A stretch of 64,000 nucleotides of DNA from Patescibacteria group bacterium (GCA_043798935.1 JAZDOC010000006.1:24996-88995), one strand, 5' to 3'. Numbered from the stretch's first letter, positions 1 through 10,672 are shown. Numbers and translations: made by a program. Notes: generated by a model from the sequence alone, not told the origin.

Positions 1-95
1 CAGATCACTTCAATATCTGTCTTATGGCGCGCAAGCCGGAATTATATTTATCGTTTTTATAAGTTTATTTGCCAATCATTTTGAAATACGTTCAA

Positions 96-1286
96 CTATG
101 ATTTTACTTTGGTTGTTGCCAGCATTAATTGCACGGTGGCGGTTAGCTCTTGATTCATAATTTCCGCCGTAAAATGATTTTCAGCATAAGCCCTGGATTT
201 TCGCGCCAGGTCTTTTTTTGTTGATTCATCTAAATTTATAAACCACAGCATTTTATCGGCAATGGCTTGTGGCGATGCACTATCCATTATCAATTCTTTA
301 TTTATCGGCGTTAGTATTTCCTTAGTAGCGCCTATCGGAGTTCCAATTACCGGTAGAGCGGAAAATAATGCTTCCAGCGTGGAAATACCCACACCTTCTA
401 AAGCTAATGTTGGCAGTACAAAACACGAAGCTGTTTGATAATGCTTTATTAATTGTTGATCACTTATAACACCCAAGAAGAATAAGCAATCTTGAATGTT
501 AAGTTTGGCGGCAAGATTATGGCATTCTTTTTCCAAGGGTCCGGAGCCGGTCAAAAAAACTTTAAAATTAATATTTTTATCTTTTAAAATTTTTGTGGCT
601 TTAATTAAGTTTAAAACACCGGTGCGAGGGCTTAAACGACGCGAAGTAAAAAAAATGTTTTTTGAATAATCACGGTTAAAATTAGCACTAAACATATCCT
701 TAGGAATACCCGGTGCCAGCGCTTGCAGTTTATTTTTTATTTCCGGATATTTTTCTGCCAGAATTTTTTTGGAAAAGTTGCTTAAATATAATATTTTATC
801 GCTGGTAAGGAGAGTTGTTTTTTCTTTTCGCGCCGTAAAAGCAGTAATTATTTTTTTAGACAGAAAATTATTTAAACATGGCTTAGTCAGGCCTTCAAAA
901 GAAATTTCCATGGGCCGTGAACTATGAAAAATATACAAGGCCGGAATTTTTATATTTTGTTCAAAGAAAATCGAACCGATTAAAGGATGATGAATAATTA
1001 CCAGATCAAATGTTTGTTTTTGTAGTAATTGTTTTAAATATTTTTTTGATTTAAATAAGATGGAATATAAAGTTGACCCCGGAAATGAAAAAGAACTGCC
1101 GGCGCGAATTATTTTTATATTTTGAAACCGCTCTTGCCGTTTTAAATTTTTTCGATAATAAGTGGAGAAAACCGTAATGTCGTATCCGTTTTTTTGCAGT
1201 GCCTGGGCTTGCCATAAAGCCAGTCTTTCGCTGCCGCCAAAAGTATCCGGGTACCATCTTTCAGTTAAAATAAGTATTTTTTTCAT
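96..1286 (-). CDS. glycosyltransferase family 4 (GT4, group 1)
   Basis: C-terminal GT-B motif EGVGISTLEALFSALPVIGTPIGATKEIL typical of GT4; N-terminal Glyco_trans_4-like region. Confidence 0.8.
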   Translation of the reverse strand: MKKILILTERWYPDTFGGSERLALWQAQALQKNGYDITVFSTYYRKNLKRQERFQNIKIIRAGSSFSFPGSTLYSILFKSKKYLKQLLQKQTFDLVIIHHPLIGSIFFEQNIKIPALYIFHSSRPMEISFEGLTKPCLNNFLSKKIITAFTARKEKTTLLTSDKILYLSNFSKKILAEKYPEIKNKLQALAPGIPKDMFSANFNRDYSKNIFFTSRRLSPRTGVLNLIKATKILKDKNINFKVFLTGSGPLEKECHNLAAKLNIQDCLFFLGVISDQQLIKHYQTASCFVLPTLALEGVGISTLEALFSALPVIGTPIGATKEILTPINKELIMDSASPQAIADKMLWFINLDESTKKDLARKSRAYAENHFTAEIMNQELTATVQLMLATTKVKS

Positions 1287-1348
1287 TTACAATTATTGGT
1301 TAGTATGTTTTAATTATCATATATTACTATAGCAGATTTACATTAAAA

Positions 1349-2239
1349 ATGGAATTAAAACAAAAGCAAAAATTAATAAAAAAACAATTTGAGCTAGAGA
1401 AAAATTACGCTCAACAAATTTTAAAATCCGAAAAAAATTCATTAGCTCGAAAAAATTTAATTGCTCGGGCATATTGCGATGTAACAAATATTATTTATCA
1501 ATATAACCCTCATCAGGCGTACAGTCGCTTCAACGAATTCACCACTGCTCTCGTTAAAAAAAATTTACCGATCAAAAAAAATGTTAGAGTACTCGACTTT
1601 GGTTGCGGTGATGGCGAGTTGGTTCTCTCGTTAAATAAAAATAATGTCGATGCTTATGGGTTTGATGTTTCCGAAAACAGCATTCGCGAAGCCCAAAAAA
1701 AATTAGCTGTTATTAATAAAGAAAAAAATGTTTTCCACGGTGATTTTAATCAAATTCAAGAAAATTTCGACTTAATCATTATGGATAATGTTATAGAGCA
1801 TTTAGTACCAGACGAGCTCCCGGCGATTATCAGTAAGTGCCATGAGTTATTAAACAACCAAGGAATATTACTAATAATTACACCGCATCCTTTTTCCGGC
1901 CCGCATGATATCAGTAATGAATTTTTACCTCTGGGTGCTAAAGCCCAAGGCCTGCATTTAAAAGAATATAAATTGGAGGAATTAAAAGATGTTTTAGAAC
2001 AGAATAATTTTAGCGCTCTTTACGGCTATGGCATGCATCCGCGGATTTTAAATAAATTAAATGTTATTTTTAAAGCAAGCACATTCGGCTTGAAAAAATC
2101 TTTATGGTTAGAGAATTTTTTCGGTAAAAACTTACGATTTATTTTTAACATCAACAGAAATTTATCTCGTCTGTTGAATGCTTTGCTGTTTCCTAATATA
2201 ATTATCGCAAAAAAACATGAAAATCTTACAAATAAATAA
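1349..2239 (+). CDS. class I SAM-dependent methyltransferase
   Basis: Motif I VLDFGCGDGELVLSL plus downstream acidic residue (DVSEN); about 300 aa. Confidence 0.65.
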   Translation: MELKQKQKLIKKQFELEKNYAQQILKSEKNSLARKNLIARAYCDVTNIIYQYNPHQAYSRFNEFTTALVKKNLPIKKNVRVLDFGCGDGELVLSLNKNNVDAYGFDVSENSIREAQKKLAVINKEKNVFHGDFNQIQENFDLIIMDNVIEHLVPDELPAIISKCHELLNNQGILLIITPHPFSGPHDISNEFLPLGAKAQGLHLKEYKLEELKDVLEQNNFSALYGYGMHPRILNKLNVIFKASTFGLKKSLWLENFFGKNLRFIFNINRNLSRLLNALLFPNIIIAKKHENLTNK

Positions 2240-3368
2240 ATTTTGGCATCCCAAAGGCGGCGCCGATACCATGGCCATTAATACTGCAAAATGGCTGGAG
2301 CAAGCCGGCCATGAAGTTGCCAGATTCGGTATGAAGAGCGAAAAGAATATTGATTCAAAATGGAATAAATATTTTATAGATGAAATAGATTTCGGATCGG
2401 CAGATTTTTCTTTATCTAAAGCCGCGCATTTTATTTATTCAACTCAAGCTAAGGAAAAACTCAAGCTACTATTAAAAGAATTCCAACCAGACGCAGTGCA
2501 TCTGCATAATTTTTATCATCATTTAACCACTTCTATTTTGCCCATATTAAAAAGCACCGGCGCAAAAATTATCATGACTTGTCATGACTACAAAATCATG
2601 TGCCCGAATTATAAAATGTTGTCGCATGGAGAAATTTGCGAGCAATGCAGATATCATAATTATTATAAAGCCGCGTTAAATAAATGCACGAAAAATTCTT
2701 TGCCCGCTAGCTTACTGCTCAGCACTGAGGCTTACTTTAATTGGCTGGGAGATAGATATAAAAAGAACATCGACTTATTAATTGCCCCGTCAAAATTCAT
2801 GCAGAAAAAAATAAAAGAATGGCAAGTCGGCATCGACAGCGAATTTTTATTGAATGCCATAGATATCAAACCGTTAGATCAGCCGGCTGTTAAAAAAGAT
2901 TATTTATTATATGTCGGCAGACTGAGCGAAGAAAAGGGGATTGATTTACTAGAAAAAGTTGCTCTGAAAATGCCCGAACAGAAATTTTATATTATCGGTG
3001 ATGGCCCTTATAAAATTAATAACAATATTTCCAACTTAAAATATTTAGGCAGAAAGAATCAAGAAGAAGTTCAGCAATATTTGGCTCAAGCTAAAGCATT
3101 GATCGTGCCGTCGAAATGGTATGAAGTAAACAGCTTGGTTATCCCTGAAGCGCATGCCCTGGGTACCTGGGTAATTGCCGCGAATACCGGTTCTATTGAT
3201 GTTATTAATGATGGCCAAAACGGATGGTTTTTTAAGATGAACAATGTTAATGATTTAATCTCTAAAATTAAATCATTAGAAATTCAAAAAACTAGCTTTC
3301 AGCCTTTTTTGCATATTACTGCTAACGAGTATATTAATAAATTATTAACTTTTTATCCAAGAAGATAA
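2217..3368 (+). CDS. glycosyltransferase family 4
   Basis: GRLSEEKGIDLL ... EAHALGTWVIAANTGSIDVINDGQNGWFF GT4 C-terminal signature. Confidence 0.75.
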   Translation: MKILQINKFWHPKGGADTMAINTAKWLEQAGHEVARFGMKSEKNIDSKWNKYFIDEIDFGSADFSLSKAAHFIYSTQAKEKLKLLLKEFQPDAVHLHNFYHHLTTSILPILKSTGAKIIMTCHDYKIMCPNYKMLSHGEICEQCRYHNYYKAALNKCTKNSLPASLLLSTEAYFNWLGDRYKKNIDLLIAPSKFMQKKIKEWQVGIDSEFLLNAIDIKPLDQPAVKKDYLLYVGRLSEEKGIDLLEKVALKMPEQKFYIIGDGPYKINNNISNLKYLGRKNQEEVQQYLAQAKALIVPSKWYEVNSLVIPEAHALGTWVIAANTGSIDVINDGQNGWFFKMNNVNDLISKIKSLEIQKTSFQPFLHITANEYINKLLTFYPRR

Positions 3369-4259
3369 ATCACGATTTATTAATTTAGATAATTTTTCGA
3401 TATCTAGCTGATAATATTTTGTAAGTTGTTTTTTTGTTTCCGGATCCATAGGAATTTTTTTTAAGTTTTTGGCTTTAACCTGATCACGCATATTGTTCCA
3501 GCTTTTTTCCGGAATTATTTTTTTTAAAATTGATTTTAATTCATCTTTAAGCGGCGCCGGCTTATGCAATAAATTGTATAAAAATTTATTTTTTGGAATA
3601 CCGGAAACATTATGCCGGCGGGATATATCGGGAACGAAATTATCGTCGACTTGCAAAAATTGATAAATGTCTTTTATAATGTTTAACGGTTTTGTTCTGA
3701 GGTCGTCAAATAAATAAATTTTCACCTGTGAAAAATTATCTAAAAAATCTTTTACTTGTTTATAGTATAAACCGGCTTTTTTATATTGCCAGCCCCATTC
3801 CCAATTATTTTGCCGCCTTATTGTTTCTTGCTCTAAGCCCATATTAAATGGCAAATTTTCGCGGAAATCACGAATAAAATGCAAATATTGCGAATAAGCT
3901 CTTTCCACCGGGTTTCTAAGAATGATAATTATTTTAATGTCGCCTAATATTTTTTTAATTTTGGCCACGCTTTGATCGTGATAAAAAAGATAATCCGGGG
4001 ATGCTTCGCCGATAGCAATTTCATTTTTTACGCTACTGAATAATTTTTCGTATTCGCCAAGATTTCTAACGATAACATTATTAAGCGCCACATCATCGCC
4101 AGGCCCCTGATAGTTCTCGTTCATGTCAGAAAAAAATTTGCTTTCTTTGGTGTCGGGCATAAAAATTTGCGGATGCTGATGCAGGTAATCAGCCAGCGAA
4201 GTTGTACCGCATTTTGCTGCGCCGACTATTAAGAAATTTGGAAGATTTTTTTTGTTCAT
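3345..4259 (-). CDS. PAPS-dependent sulfotransferase (Sulfotransfer_1-like)
   Basis: 5'-PSB motif IVGAAKCGTTSL and 3'-PB-like RNPVERAYSQY; about 300 aa cytosolic sulfotransferase size. Confidence 0.7.
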   Translation of the reverse strand: MNKKNLPNFLIVGAAKCGTTSLADYLHQHPQIFMPDTKESKFFSDMNENYQGPGDDVALNNVIVRNLGEYEKLFSSVKNEIAIGEASPDYLFYHDQSVAKIKKILGDIKIIIILRNPVERAYSQYLHFIRDFRENLPFNMGLEQETIRRQNNWEWGWQYKKAGLYYKQVKDFLDNFSQVKIYLFDDLRTKPLNIIKDIYQFLQVDDNFVPDISRRHNVSGIPKNKFLYNLLHKPAPLKDELKSILKKIIPEKSWNNMRDQVKAKNLKKIPMDPETKKQLTKYYQLDIEKLSKLINRDLSSWIKS

Positions 4260-4260
4260 A

Positions 4261-5565
4261 TTACCTGGTTATAAAAGGAAAATAAAAAGCGTTAATATTA
4301 TTTTTTTGCTTAATCATTATTACCGACGCTATATTCCACAAAGCCATGCTGATAAAACTGGCAATAGCCGCGCCATTAATACCGTATAAGGGTATTAAAA
4401 ATAAATTTAAAATAATATTTAAAGCCATGGCAAGAATCACAATGTTGCGAAAAGCAGTTTCACTACCGGTCATTTTCATAAAAGATCCGGCCGTTCCACA
4501 AATCGCATTTAGAAATTGGGATAAAGCTAAAATAATAACAACGTTTCGACCGACTGTAAATTCAGGTCCAAATAAATTCATTAAAAATCCAGACATAATA
4601 ATTAATAACAACACCACCGGTAGCGAAAACCAAAAAATTATTTTAGCCGAAAAGTTAACAATATTTTCAAGTTCAGTTTGTTTTTTGGCCCAAAATAAAT
4701 GGGAAAATTTTGGCGCCACCACGGTGTTAAGAGCTATTAATATAAAACTGGTGGTGGCGGCTAATTTTATCGCTACGTTATAAATACCAATACTATCTGT
4801 GGAGGTAAAAATTCCCAGCATAAAAGTGTCGGTGTAGGTCATGAAAAAGAAAGCTAAGCCTGTAATCATCATGGCTGAAGAACTTTTAATAATTTGCCTT
4901 CTGGATTCAGAAATTTTTTCGGATTGAGTAAAATTTTTAAACTTGGCAAACAAGTAAAAACTGGAAATTAAAAAAGCAATGCTTAAAGAAATATCGTAAA
5001 TTACAACCGGTAAATTAATATCTTTATGACCAAGTGTTAAAATTAAAATTATGTTTATTATCGGAATTATGGAGCGGCGTAAAAATTCAGATAATTTAAT
5101 ATTGTTGAAGCCTCTGATTAATTCAACATTAATTAAAAATAAAACATAAAACGGAACTACCAAGCTAATAATTTTTAAACTCGCTGCCAAATCAGCGTCT
5201 TTAAATATTATTTCCGAAAGAGCATTTGAAAAGGTGTATAAAAGGATGCTTATAATAATTGAAATCGGAATTGATATTTGAAAAAAAATTTTATAGAGAT
5301 CTTTTATTTTATATAGCTTATTCTCGGATTGAAATTTACCGATATATTTTAGTGATGCGTTATTAAAACCAAAATTAGCCATCATGCCTAAAACAAATAA
5401 ACTGGCTGTAGCCAAGCTGTAAATACCGGTTCCACGAGCGCCATAATTGTGCGCAATTATATAAATAAATCCATAACCGGCTATCAGCCCAATAATAATC
5501 ATGATAAAAGCCGATAAGCTGTTTTTTAAAATGTTAGTATTGACAGAATCGTTATTTTTTGCCAT
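4261..5565 (-). CDS. polysaccharide flippase, MOP/Wzx family (start trimmed to MAKNND to avoid divergent overlap)
   Basis: 12-14 predicted TM helices, about 435 aa, composition typical of oligosaccharide flippases. Confidence 0.6.
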   Translation of the reverse strand: MAKNNDSVNTNILKNSLSAFIMIIIGLIAGYGFIYIIAHNYGARGTGIYSLATASLFVLGMMANFGFNNASLKYIGKFQSENKLYKIKDLYKIFFQISIPISIIISILLYTFSNALSEIIFKDADLAASLKIISLVVPFYVLFLINVELIRGFNNIKLSEFLRRSIIPIINIILILTLGHKDINLPVVIYDISLSIAFLISSFYLFAKFKNFTQSEKISESRRQIIKSSSAMMITGLAFFFMTYTDTFMLGIFTSTDSIGIYNVAIKLAATTSFILIALNTVVAPKFSHLFWAKKQTELENIVNFSAKIIFWFSLPVVLLLIIMSGFLMNLFGPEFTVGRNVVIILALSQFLNAICGTAGSFMKMTGSETAFRNIVILAMALNIILNLFLIPLYGINGAAIASFISMALWNIASVIMIKQKNNINAFYFPFITR

Positions 5566-5577
5566 ATTTGTATTATA

Positions 5578-7602
5578 ATGAATAAAATTAAAAAATACAA
5601 AAGATCTGTTTTCGTTCAAAACAGTTTTTTAATAACTGGGCTGTTTTTATTGTTTTTTCCGTTTACTCTAAAAGCGGCTAATATTCATGAATATCCTAAA
5701 TTGTCTCTGTATCACTTAAATTCGGTTTTCGATGAGGAACAAGCTAAGAAAATCGCTCAATTCGATTTAGTAATTCTTACTATGGAAGCTCAGGAATATA
5801 ATCCTCAGGGCATTAAATTATTACGACAATACAATCCAAACATCACTATTCTTCCGTATGTACCCAGCCAAGGAGTCCATTTTTCCGACGCCTCAAATAT
5901 CAGATATAAGTTAATCAAACAAGTCCAAGATAGCTGGTATTTATTAGACGGCGATGGCAATAGAATTTCCCGGTATAAGGGTGAATACGATATGAACATT
6001 ACAAAAAAAGCTTGGCGAAAAGCTTTGGTAAATTTTGTAAAAGATTTAAACACGGCTAAATGCAATGGCGTACGCTGTTGGGACGGTGTCTTTTTTGATG
6101 TGGTTGAAGATAATTTAGATTATTTAGGTGGCATTGATATTAATAATGATGGTGAGGCCGATGATAGTAAATATGTAAATGAAAAGTGGGTGGCAAGCTA
6201 TAAAAAAATATTCAAATCAACCCGAAAAAAATTAGGCAAAAACAAAGTAATTGTAATTAACGGAGTTTCGACAAAAAAACTGCAAGCCAATGTTAACGGC
6301 CGTATGTTTGAAAATTTTCCGACTCCATGGCACGCCGATGGCTCGTGGAAGGGGGTAACTGAAAATACAGTTGATCTGGAAGAATTGAATTATTCGCCGG
6401 TATCAATTATTTTTTCCGCCGAGGGTGATGAAAATGATTATCAAAAATTAAGGTATTCATTAACATCAGCCATGGTTTTTGGAGCTTATGGCGGTTATGA
6501 TAACGGCATTAGTAAAGTTCATAAAAGTGTCTGGCTTTACGATGAATATCAAACTAAATTAGGAAACGCACTAAATACCGGTTATAATTTGCTTGATATA
6601 AATAATACCAAAGTTAAACCCGGTGTTTGGCGGCGTGATTTTGAAAATGGGATAGCCATTGTGAATTCCACAAATATAGCACACAAAGTATTATTAGAGC
6701 AGGGTTTTGAAAAAATCAATGGAACTCAGGGAAATATAAACGATGGCAGTTTGGTTGGCAGTGTAACTATTAATGCCAACGACGGCATTGTTTTATTAGG
6801 CAGAATTCAAACAATTTCATACGCGCCATTTGTAAACGGCGCTCAGGCCAAGGTTTACAACATTAACGGCGTTTCTCAAAGAAAAACTTTTTTCCCCTAT
6901 GACTCTAAATATCCGGGTAGTGTGCAGATTGTGAAATTGCCGGATGTTAATAAAGCTGTAGTAGCTGAAGACACTTATGTAAGCGTTTACAAGAACAATA
7001 AATTAGTAGCTAAGTTTGCGCCTTATGGCGAAGCTTTTTCGGGCGGAGTAAATATTGCGGTTGATCGGTTATACAGCCGAGGCAATAAAGGGGATTATTT
7101 TATTGTTACTGGTACTGAAAAATATGGTCCTCATGTAAGAATATTTACAATTGATGGCAAATTACATGATCCGGGTTGCTTTCCTTATGCGGAAAATTTT
7201 CGCGGTGGAGTATTTGTAGCCATTGGCGACGTGGATAAAGGAAATGCGGGCAAAGAGATTGTGGTTTCAGCCGGCCTTGATGGCGGTCCGCATGTTCGAA
7301 TTCTCAATAATAAGTGCGAGTTAATTAGCCCTGGTTTCATGGCTTACGACACATCCCTCCGTACCGGAATCAATGTAGCTGTGGGCGACGTAAACGGCGA
7401 TGGCAAAAACGAAATTATTACGGGTACTGGTCCGGGCGCCGGTCCGGAAGTGCGGGTTTTTAATAAAAATGGTAAACTATTAAGTAGTTTTTTCGCTTTT
7501 AATAAAAGCGATCGAAACGGCGTCAGAGTCTCGACAGCTGATGTAAGCGGTAATTCAAGAAAAGAAATCATTGCCACCAGTTTCGCTATTTATGGATACT
7601 AA
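5578..7602 (+). CDS. secreted protein: N-terminal signal peptide, putative TIM-barrel glycan hydrolase-like domain, C-terminal FG-GAP repeats
   Basis: Signal peptide LFLLFFPFTLKAANI; repeated VAxGDVNGDGKNEIxTG / AIGDVDKGNAGKEIVVSAG FG-GAP-type repeats in the last about 200 aa. Confidence 0.5.
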   Translation: MNKIKKYKRSVFVQNSFLITGLFLLFFPFTLKAANIHEYPKLSLYHLNSVFDEEQAKKIAQFDLVILTMEAQEYNPQGIKLLRQYNPNITILPYVPSQGVHFSDASNIRYKLIKQVQDSWYLLDGDGNRISRYKGEYDMNITKKAWRKALVNFVKDLNTAKCNGVRCWDGVFFDVVEDNLDYLGGIDINNDGEADDSKYVNEKWVASYKKIFKSTRKKLGKNKVIVINGVSTKKLQANVNGRMFENFPTPWHADGSWKGVTENTVDLEELNYSPVSIIFSAEGDENDYQKLRYSLTSAMVFGAYGGYDNGISKVHKSVWLYDEYQTKLGNALNTGYNLLDINNTKVKPGVWRRDFENGIAIVNSTNIAHKVLLEQGFEKINGTQGNINDGSLVGSVTINANDGIVLLGRIQTISYAPFVNGAQAKVYNINGVSQRKTFFPYDSKYPGSVQIVKLPDVNKAVVAEDTYVSVYKNNKLVAKFAPYGEAFSGGVNIAVDRLYSRGNKGDYFIVTGTEKYGPHVRIFTIDGKLHDPGCFPYAENFRGGVFVAIGDVDKGNAGKEIVVSAGLDGGPHVRILNNKCELISPGFMAYDTSLRTGINVAVGDVNGDGKNEIITGTGPGAGPEVRVFNKNGKLLSSFFAFNKSDRNGVRVSTADVSGNSRKEIIATSFAIYGY

Positions 7603-7603
7603 T

Positions 7604-9340
7604 ATGCATAAAAAAATTTGGCATCACACTAAAAGAATCGCGCATCATACGGCAAAAAAAACCGGTCATATTTTATTTCCGTGGATGGTTCATTTTCTAA
7701 CCGATAAATATCAAAACAAGCATCATCATGTTGTGGTTGATACAATTTTTTCGTTGTGCATTATTGTATTAATTGCTTTCAACATTGGTTTAGGATATTG
7801 GTTTTTTCTATTTACTACACCGGCGCAATTAAATATAAAACTCGATACGCCCACGTTTGTAATTTCCGGATCAGAGATAACCTATTACATCAACTATCAT
7901 AATGTCAGTAAAGACGTTGATAATGTAAATTTTACATTAATTGCACCTTCTACTTTTACTTATACTCATAGTAATTTAGAGAAAACCGAGAATTCATATT
8001 ATTTTGGAGAATTAGATAAATATAAATTTGGTGAAGCTGCTATCAGCGGAGAAATTATCGGACGAGTTAACGAATGGCAGAAAGTGTCGGTAATAATAAA
8101 TTATCGTTATCATGGGCAGGAGTTTTCACAAATTGTTTCGCATTCATACCAAATTTCAGATAGCTCTTTGGAAATTACTACCGAACTGCCGGAAAGCATC
8201 TTGAATAATCAAGAGTTTACCTGGTACATTCATTATAAAAATAATTCTAATTTTAACCGAGATAATATAAATTTTATTCTTGATTTACCCGATACATTAG
8301 CAATTACCAGCGCACCGGAACAATATAATAAAGATGATAAAAAAATTACATTAATAAATGTTGAACCCTGGGCGCAAGGGGATTTAGAATTTAAAGGTAT
8401 TTTTTCAAAAGCCGTGGGTGAAAGCGATACTTTTATTCGTGTTGTTAGCAGTTTCGATGTCTCAGACATTGTTTATGCGCAAACCAGTTATATGGAAACA
8501 GTAGAAGTTTTAACACCGCGAATGAGTATTAATTCCAGCGCAAAAACAGTAGCCGGCATCGGTGAAAAATTTTATTATCGAATTGATTGCAGTAATATTG
8601 GTGATGTCGAACTTACTAATGTAAAAGTTTCAGCATCAGTAGCCGTTAATCAAGAAGCGAATATCGGTTTATATGCTTCCAGTGGGAGTGTATATGAAAA
8701 TAGTGCAACGTGGATTATAGATTCGCTTTTGGCCGGGGAAACCAAATCTGTTTATCTAACAATTTCCACGCCTTATAATTTAAGAAAACAAGATTTGGCT
8801 ATTTCCATGAGTTCAAGCGCGCTGGCCAATATTAGCGATCTCAAAGTGTTAACTTATAGTAATCAAAGCACTGCTAACACAAAATTTAATTCCACTCTAG
8901 ATTTCGAAAATATCGCCAGATATTACGATAACAATGGCGAACAAATTGGCTACGGGCCATACCCGCTCGTAAACGGGGAAATTACAGCAGTTAGTATTTT
9001 TTGGAATCTTCGAGATTTTACCAATGATCTTCACAATGTAACCATTGTTACTACTTTACCATCGCAAGTAGAGTGGACTAACAATACCGCCGTGTCTTCT
9101 GGCGCAAACATTAGCTATAATCCGGCCACACGCGAGGTGATATGGCATACATCGTCTATTCCGGCTTTTGCTGGTCCACAAGGCGCAAATTTTGAGGTTA
9201 GAATACTGCCCAATAACCAGCAAATAGGAACTAGCGTGAACCTTACTAATTCTACCCGTTTTTCAGCTCAAGACGCTTATACTAATTCTATTATGATTCG
9301 CGATTTAGACGCTCTTAAAGCCGATGGTGTTGTTCAATAG
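7604..9340 (+). CDS. membrane-anchored surface protein with four DUF11-like (conserved repeat domain) repeats
   Basis: Start moved to ATG after the upstream stop; His-rich N-terminus, one TM helix, then four repeats of the Y-x-I-x-Y-x-N-x-S/G...(D/N)V-x-(F/L)-x...LP type. Confidence 0.45.
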   Translation: MHKKIWHHTKRIAHHTAKKTGHILFPWMVHFLTDKYQNKHHHVVVDTIFSLCIIVLIAFNIGLGYWFFLFTTPAQLNIKLDTPTFVISGSEITYYINYHNVSKDVDNVNFTLIAPSTFTYTHSNLEKTENSYYFGELDKYKFGEAAISGEIIGRVNEWQKVSVIINYRYHGQEFSQIVSHSYQISDSSLEITTELPESILNNQEFTWYIHYKNNSNFNRDNINFILDLPDTLAITSAPEQYNKDDKKITLINVEPWAQGDLEFKGIFSKAVGESDTFIRVVSSFDVSDIVYAQTSYMETVEVLTPRMSINSSAKTVAGIGEKFYYRIDCSNIGDVELTNVKVSASVAVNQEANIGLYASSGSVYENSATWIIDSLLAGETKSVYLTISTPYNLRKQDLAISMSSSALANISDLKVLTYSNQSTANTKFNSTLDFENIARYYDNNGEQIGYGPYPLVNGEITAVSIFWNLRDFTNDLHNVTIVTTLPSQVEWTNNTAVSSGANISYNPATREVIWHTSSIPAFAGPQGANFEVRILPNNQQIGTSVNLTNSTRFSAQDAYTNSIMIRDLDALKADGVVQ

Positions 9341-9377
9341 AATTTAGCTAATTTTAGCCAAAAAAATAATATGAAGG

Positions 9378-9405
9378 CCCCCAATTAATTGGGGGTGTTT
9401 TTATT
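9378..9405 (+). terminator. rho-independent terminator (CCCCCAATTAATTGGGGG + T-run)
   Basis: 5-bp GC stem, 8-nt loop, followed by TGTTTTTATTGTTTTT. Confidence 0.5.
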
Positions 9406-9426
9406 GTTTTTATCCACACGAATCCC

Positions 9427-9455
9427 TTGACAAAGCAAAAAAAGCATGATAAGGT
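9427..9455 (+). promoter_or_regulatory. candidate sigma70 promoter (TTGACA-17-TAAGGT with upstream TG)
   Basis: Perfect -35, 17-nt spacer, weak -10; 40 nt upstream of the GT4 start at 9496. Confidence 0.35.
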
Positions 9456-9495
9456 ACGCGGTTAAATATTTATTAATCTATTTGCCAAACAGTAT

Positions 9496-10644
9496 ATGAA
9501 AATCGCAATGATTGGTCAAAAAGGAATCCCTAGTATCTACGGCGGTATTGAAAAACACGTCGAAGAGCTTAGTGTTCGTTTAGCCGATTTAGGCAATAAA
9601 GTTTATGTTTATACTCGTGCTTATTATACAGATAAAAACAAGAAAAAATATCAGACAGTAAATTTAATTAATTTGCCCACAATTCACACCAAACATTTAG
9701 ATGCCATTTCTCATACTTTGTTTTCAAGCGTTCACGCTTTATTTCAGGACTACGATATTATTCATTACCATGGCGTAGGCCCTTGTTTGTTATCATTTAT
9801 ACCAAGAATACTTAAACCGCAAGCTAAAGTAGTCTGCACTTTTCATTGCATCGACCGTCATCATCAAAAATGGGGGTGGTTTGCCAGATTCATGTTGTGG
9901 TTAGGTGAGCGCGCCGCCTGCACTTTTGCTCATGAAGTAGTAACAGTTTCCAAAAATCTGCAAAGCTATACTTATGAGGTTTATAATTGTCGATCACGTT
10001 ATATTCCTAACGGCATTAGTGAAGTACAAAATATCAAGCCATCCATCATTAGCCAAAAATACGGTTTAGATGGAAATGATTATATAGTAGTAGTCAGCCG
10101 TTTAATCCCGCATAAAGGAATTCATTATTTAATTGAAGCTTATCAAGGTTTAATTACTGATAAAAAATTAGTGATCGTGGGCGATTCTTCTTTTACAGAT
10201 CCTTATGTGCGAGCTTTAAAAGAACAAGCTGGTGGTAGTGATAAAATTATTTTTACTGGCTTTGAGTCTGGTCAAACTCTGGCTGAACTTTTTTCTAACG
10301 CTTATGTATATGTCCAACCATCTGAATCGGAAGGCCTTCCCATTTCAGTTTTAGAAGCCGCGGTTTATGGCAAGTGCGTGTTAGCTTCTGATATCCCGGC
10401 TAATATGGAAATTGTTCGAGAATGCGGTTTACATTTTGAAAACACAAATGTATCGGATTTACGTGAAAAATTAAAATTCGTTTTAGAAAATCCAGACGTT
10501 GTAGCCAAAACCGGTAAATACGCCAGAAAATATGTTTTAGAAAATTATAATTGGACTGATATTGTTAAAAAAACAGTTCGCATGTATCGCAAGCCATTAA
10601 AAGCGAATGCCCGAGAATTTTCCGGTTATAAAGCAACGGCTTAA
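9496..10644 (+). CDS. glycosyltransferase family 4
   Basis: ESEGLPISVLEAAVYGKCVLASDIPANMEIV GT4 signature (E-x7-E). Confidence 0.8.
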   Translation: MKIAMIGQKGIPSIYGGIEKHVEELSVRLADLGNKVYVYTRAYYTDKNKKKYQTVNLINLPTIHTKHLDAISHTLFSSVHALFQDYDIIHYHGVGPCLLSFIPRILKPQAKVVCTFHCIDRHHQKWGWFARFMLWLGERAACTFAHEVVTVSKNLQSYTYEVYNCRSRYIPNGISEVQNIKPSIISQKYGLDGNDYIVVVSRLIPHKGIHYLIEAYQGLITDKKLVIVGDSSFTDPYVRALKEQAGGSDKIIFTGFESGQTLAELFSNAYVYVQPSESEGLPISVLEAAVYGKCVLASDIPANMEIVRECGLHFENTNVSDLREKLKFVLENPDVVAKTGKYARKYVLENYNWTDIVKKTVRMYRKPLKANAREFSGYKATA

Positions 10645-10672
10645 TTACATTATTAATATCAATGTGCTCTAA

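Noticed and set aside
4346-4783. 145-aa plus-strand ORF
   Set aside because: It lies entirely antisense within the minus-strand flippase gene and has a low-complexity composition mirroring membrane-protein codons, so it is spurious.
5805-6065. Short antisense ORFs inside well-supported genes
   Set aside because: This one and those at 7344-7577, 8233-8469, 11122-11307, 11409-11639, 13704-13907, 16961-17143, 18320-18535, 25924-26169, 26485-26730, 27004-27228, 29773-30036, 34135-34335, 34419-34706, 35652-35903, 37016-37291, 37395-37766, 43871-44134, 45898-46125, 52814-53077, 55295-55576, 55805-56158, 56601-56792, 56926-57282, 57470-57730, 58805-58993, 59224-59607, 60034-60222, 61386-61601 and 1051-1257 all overlap a longer ORF with recognisable protein-family motifs on the other strand or frame. 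None has motifs or an independent promoter.
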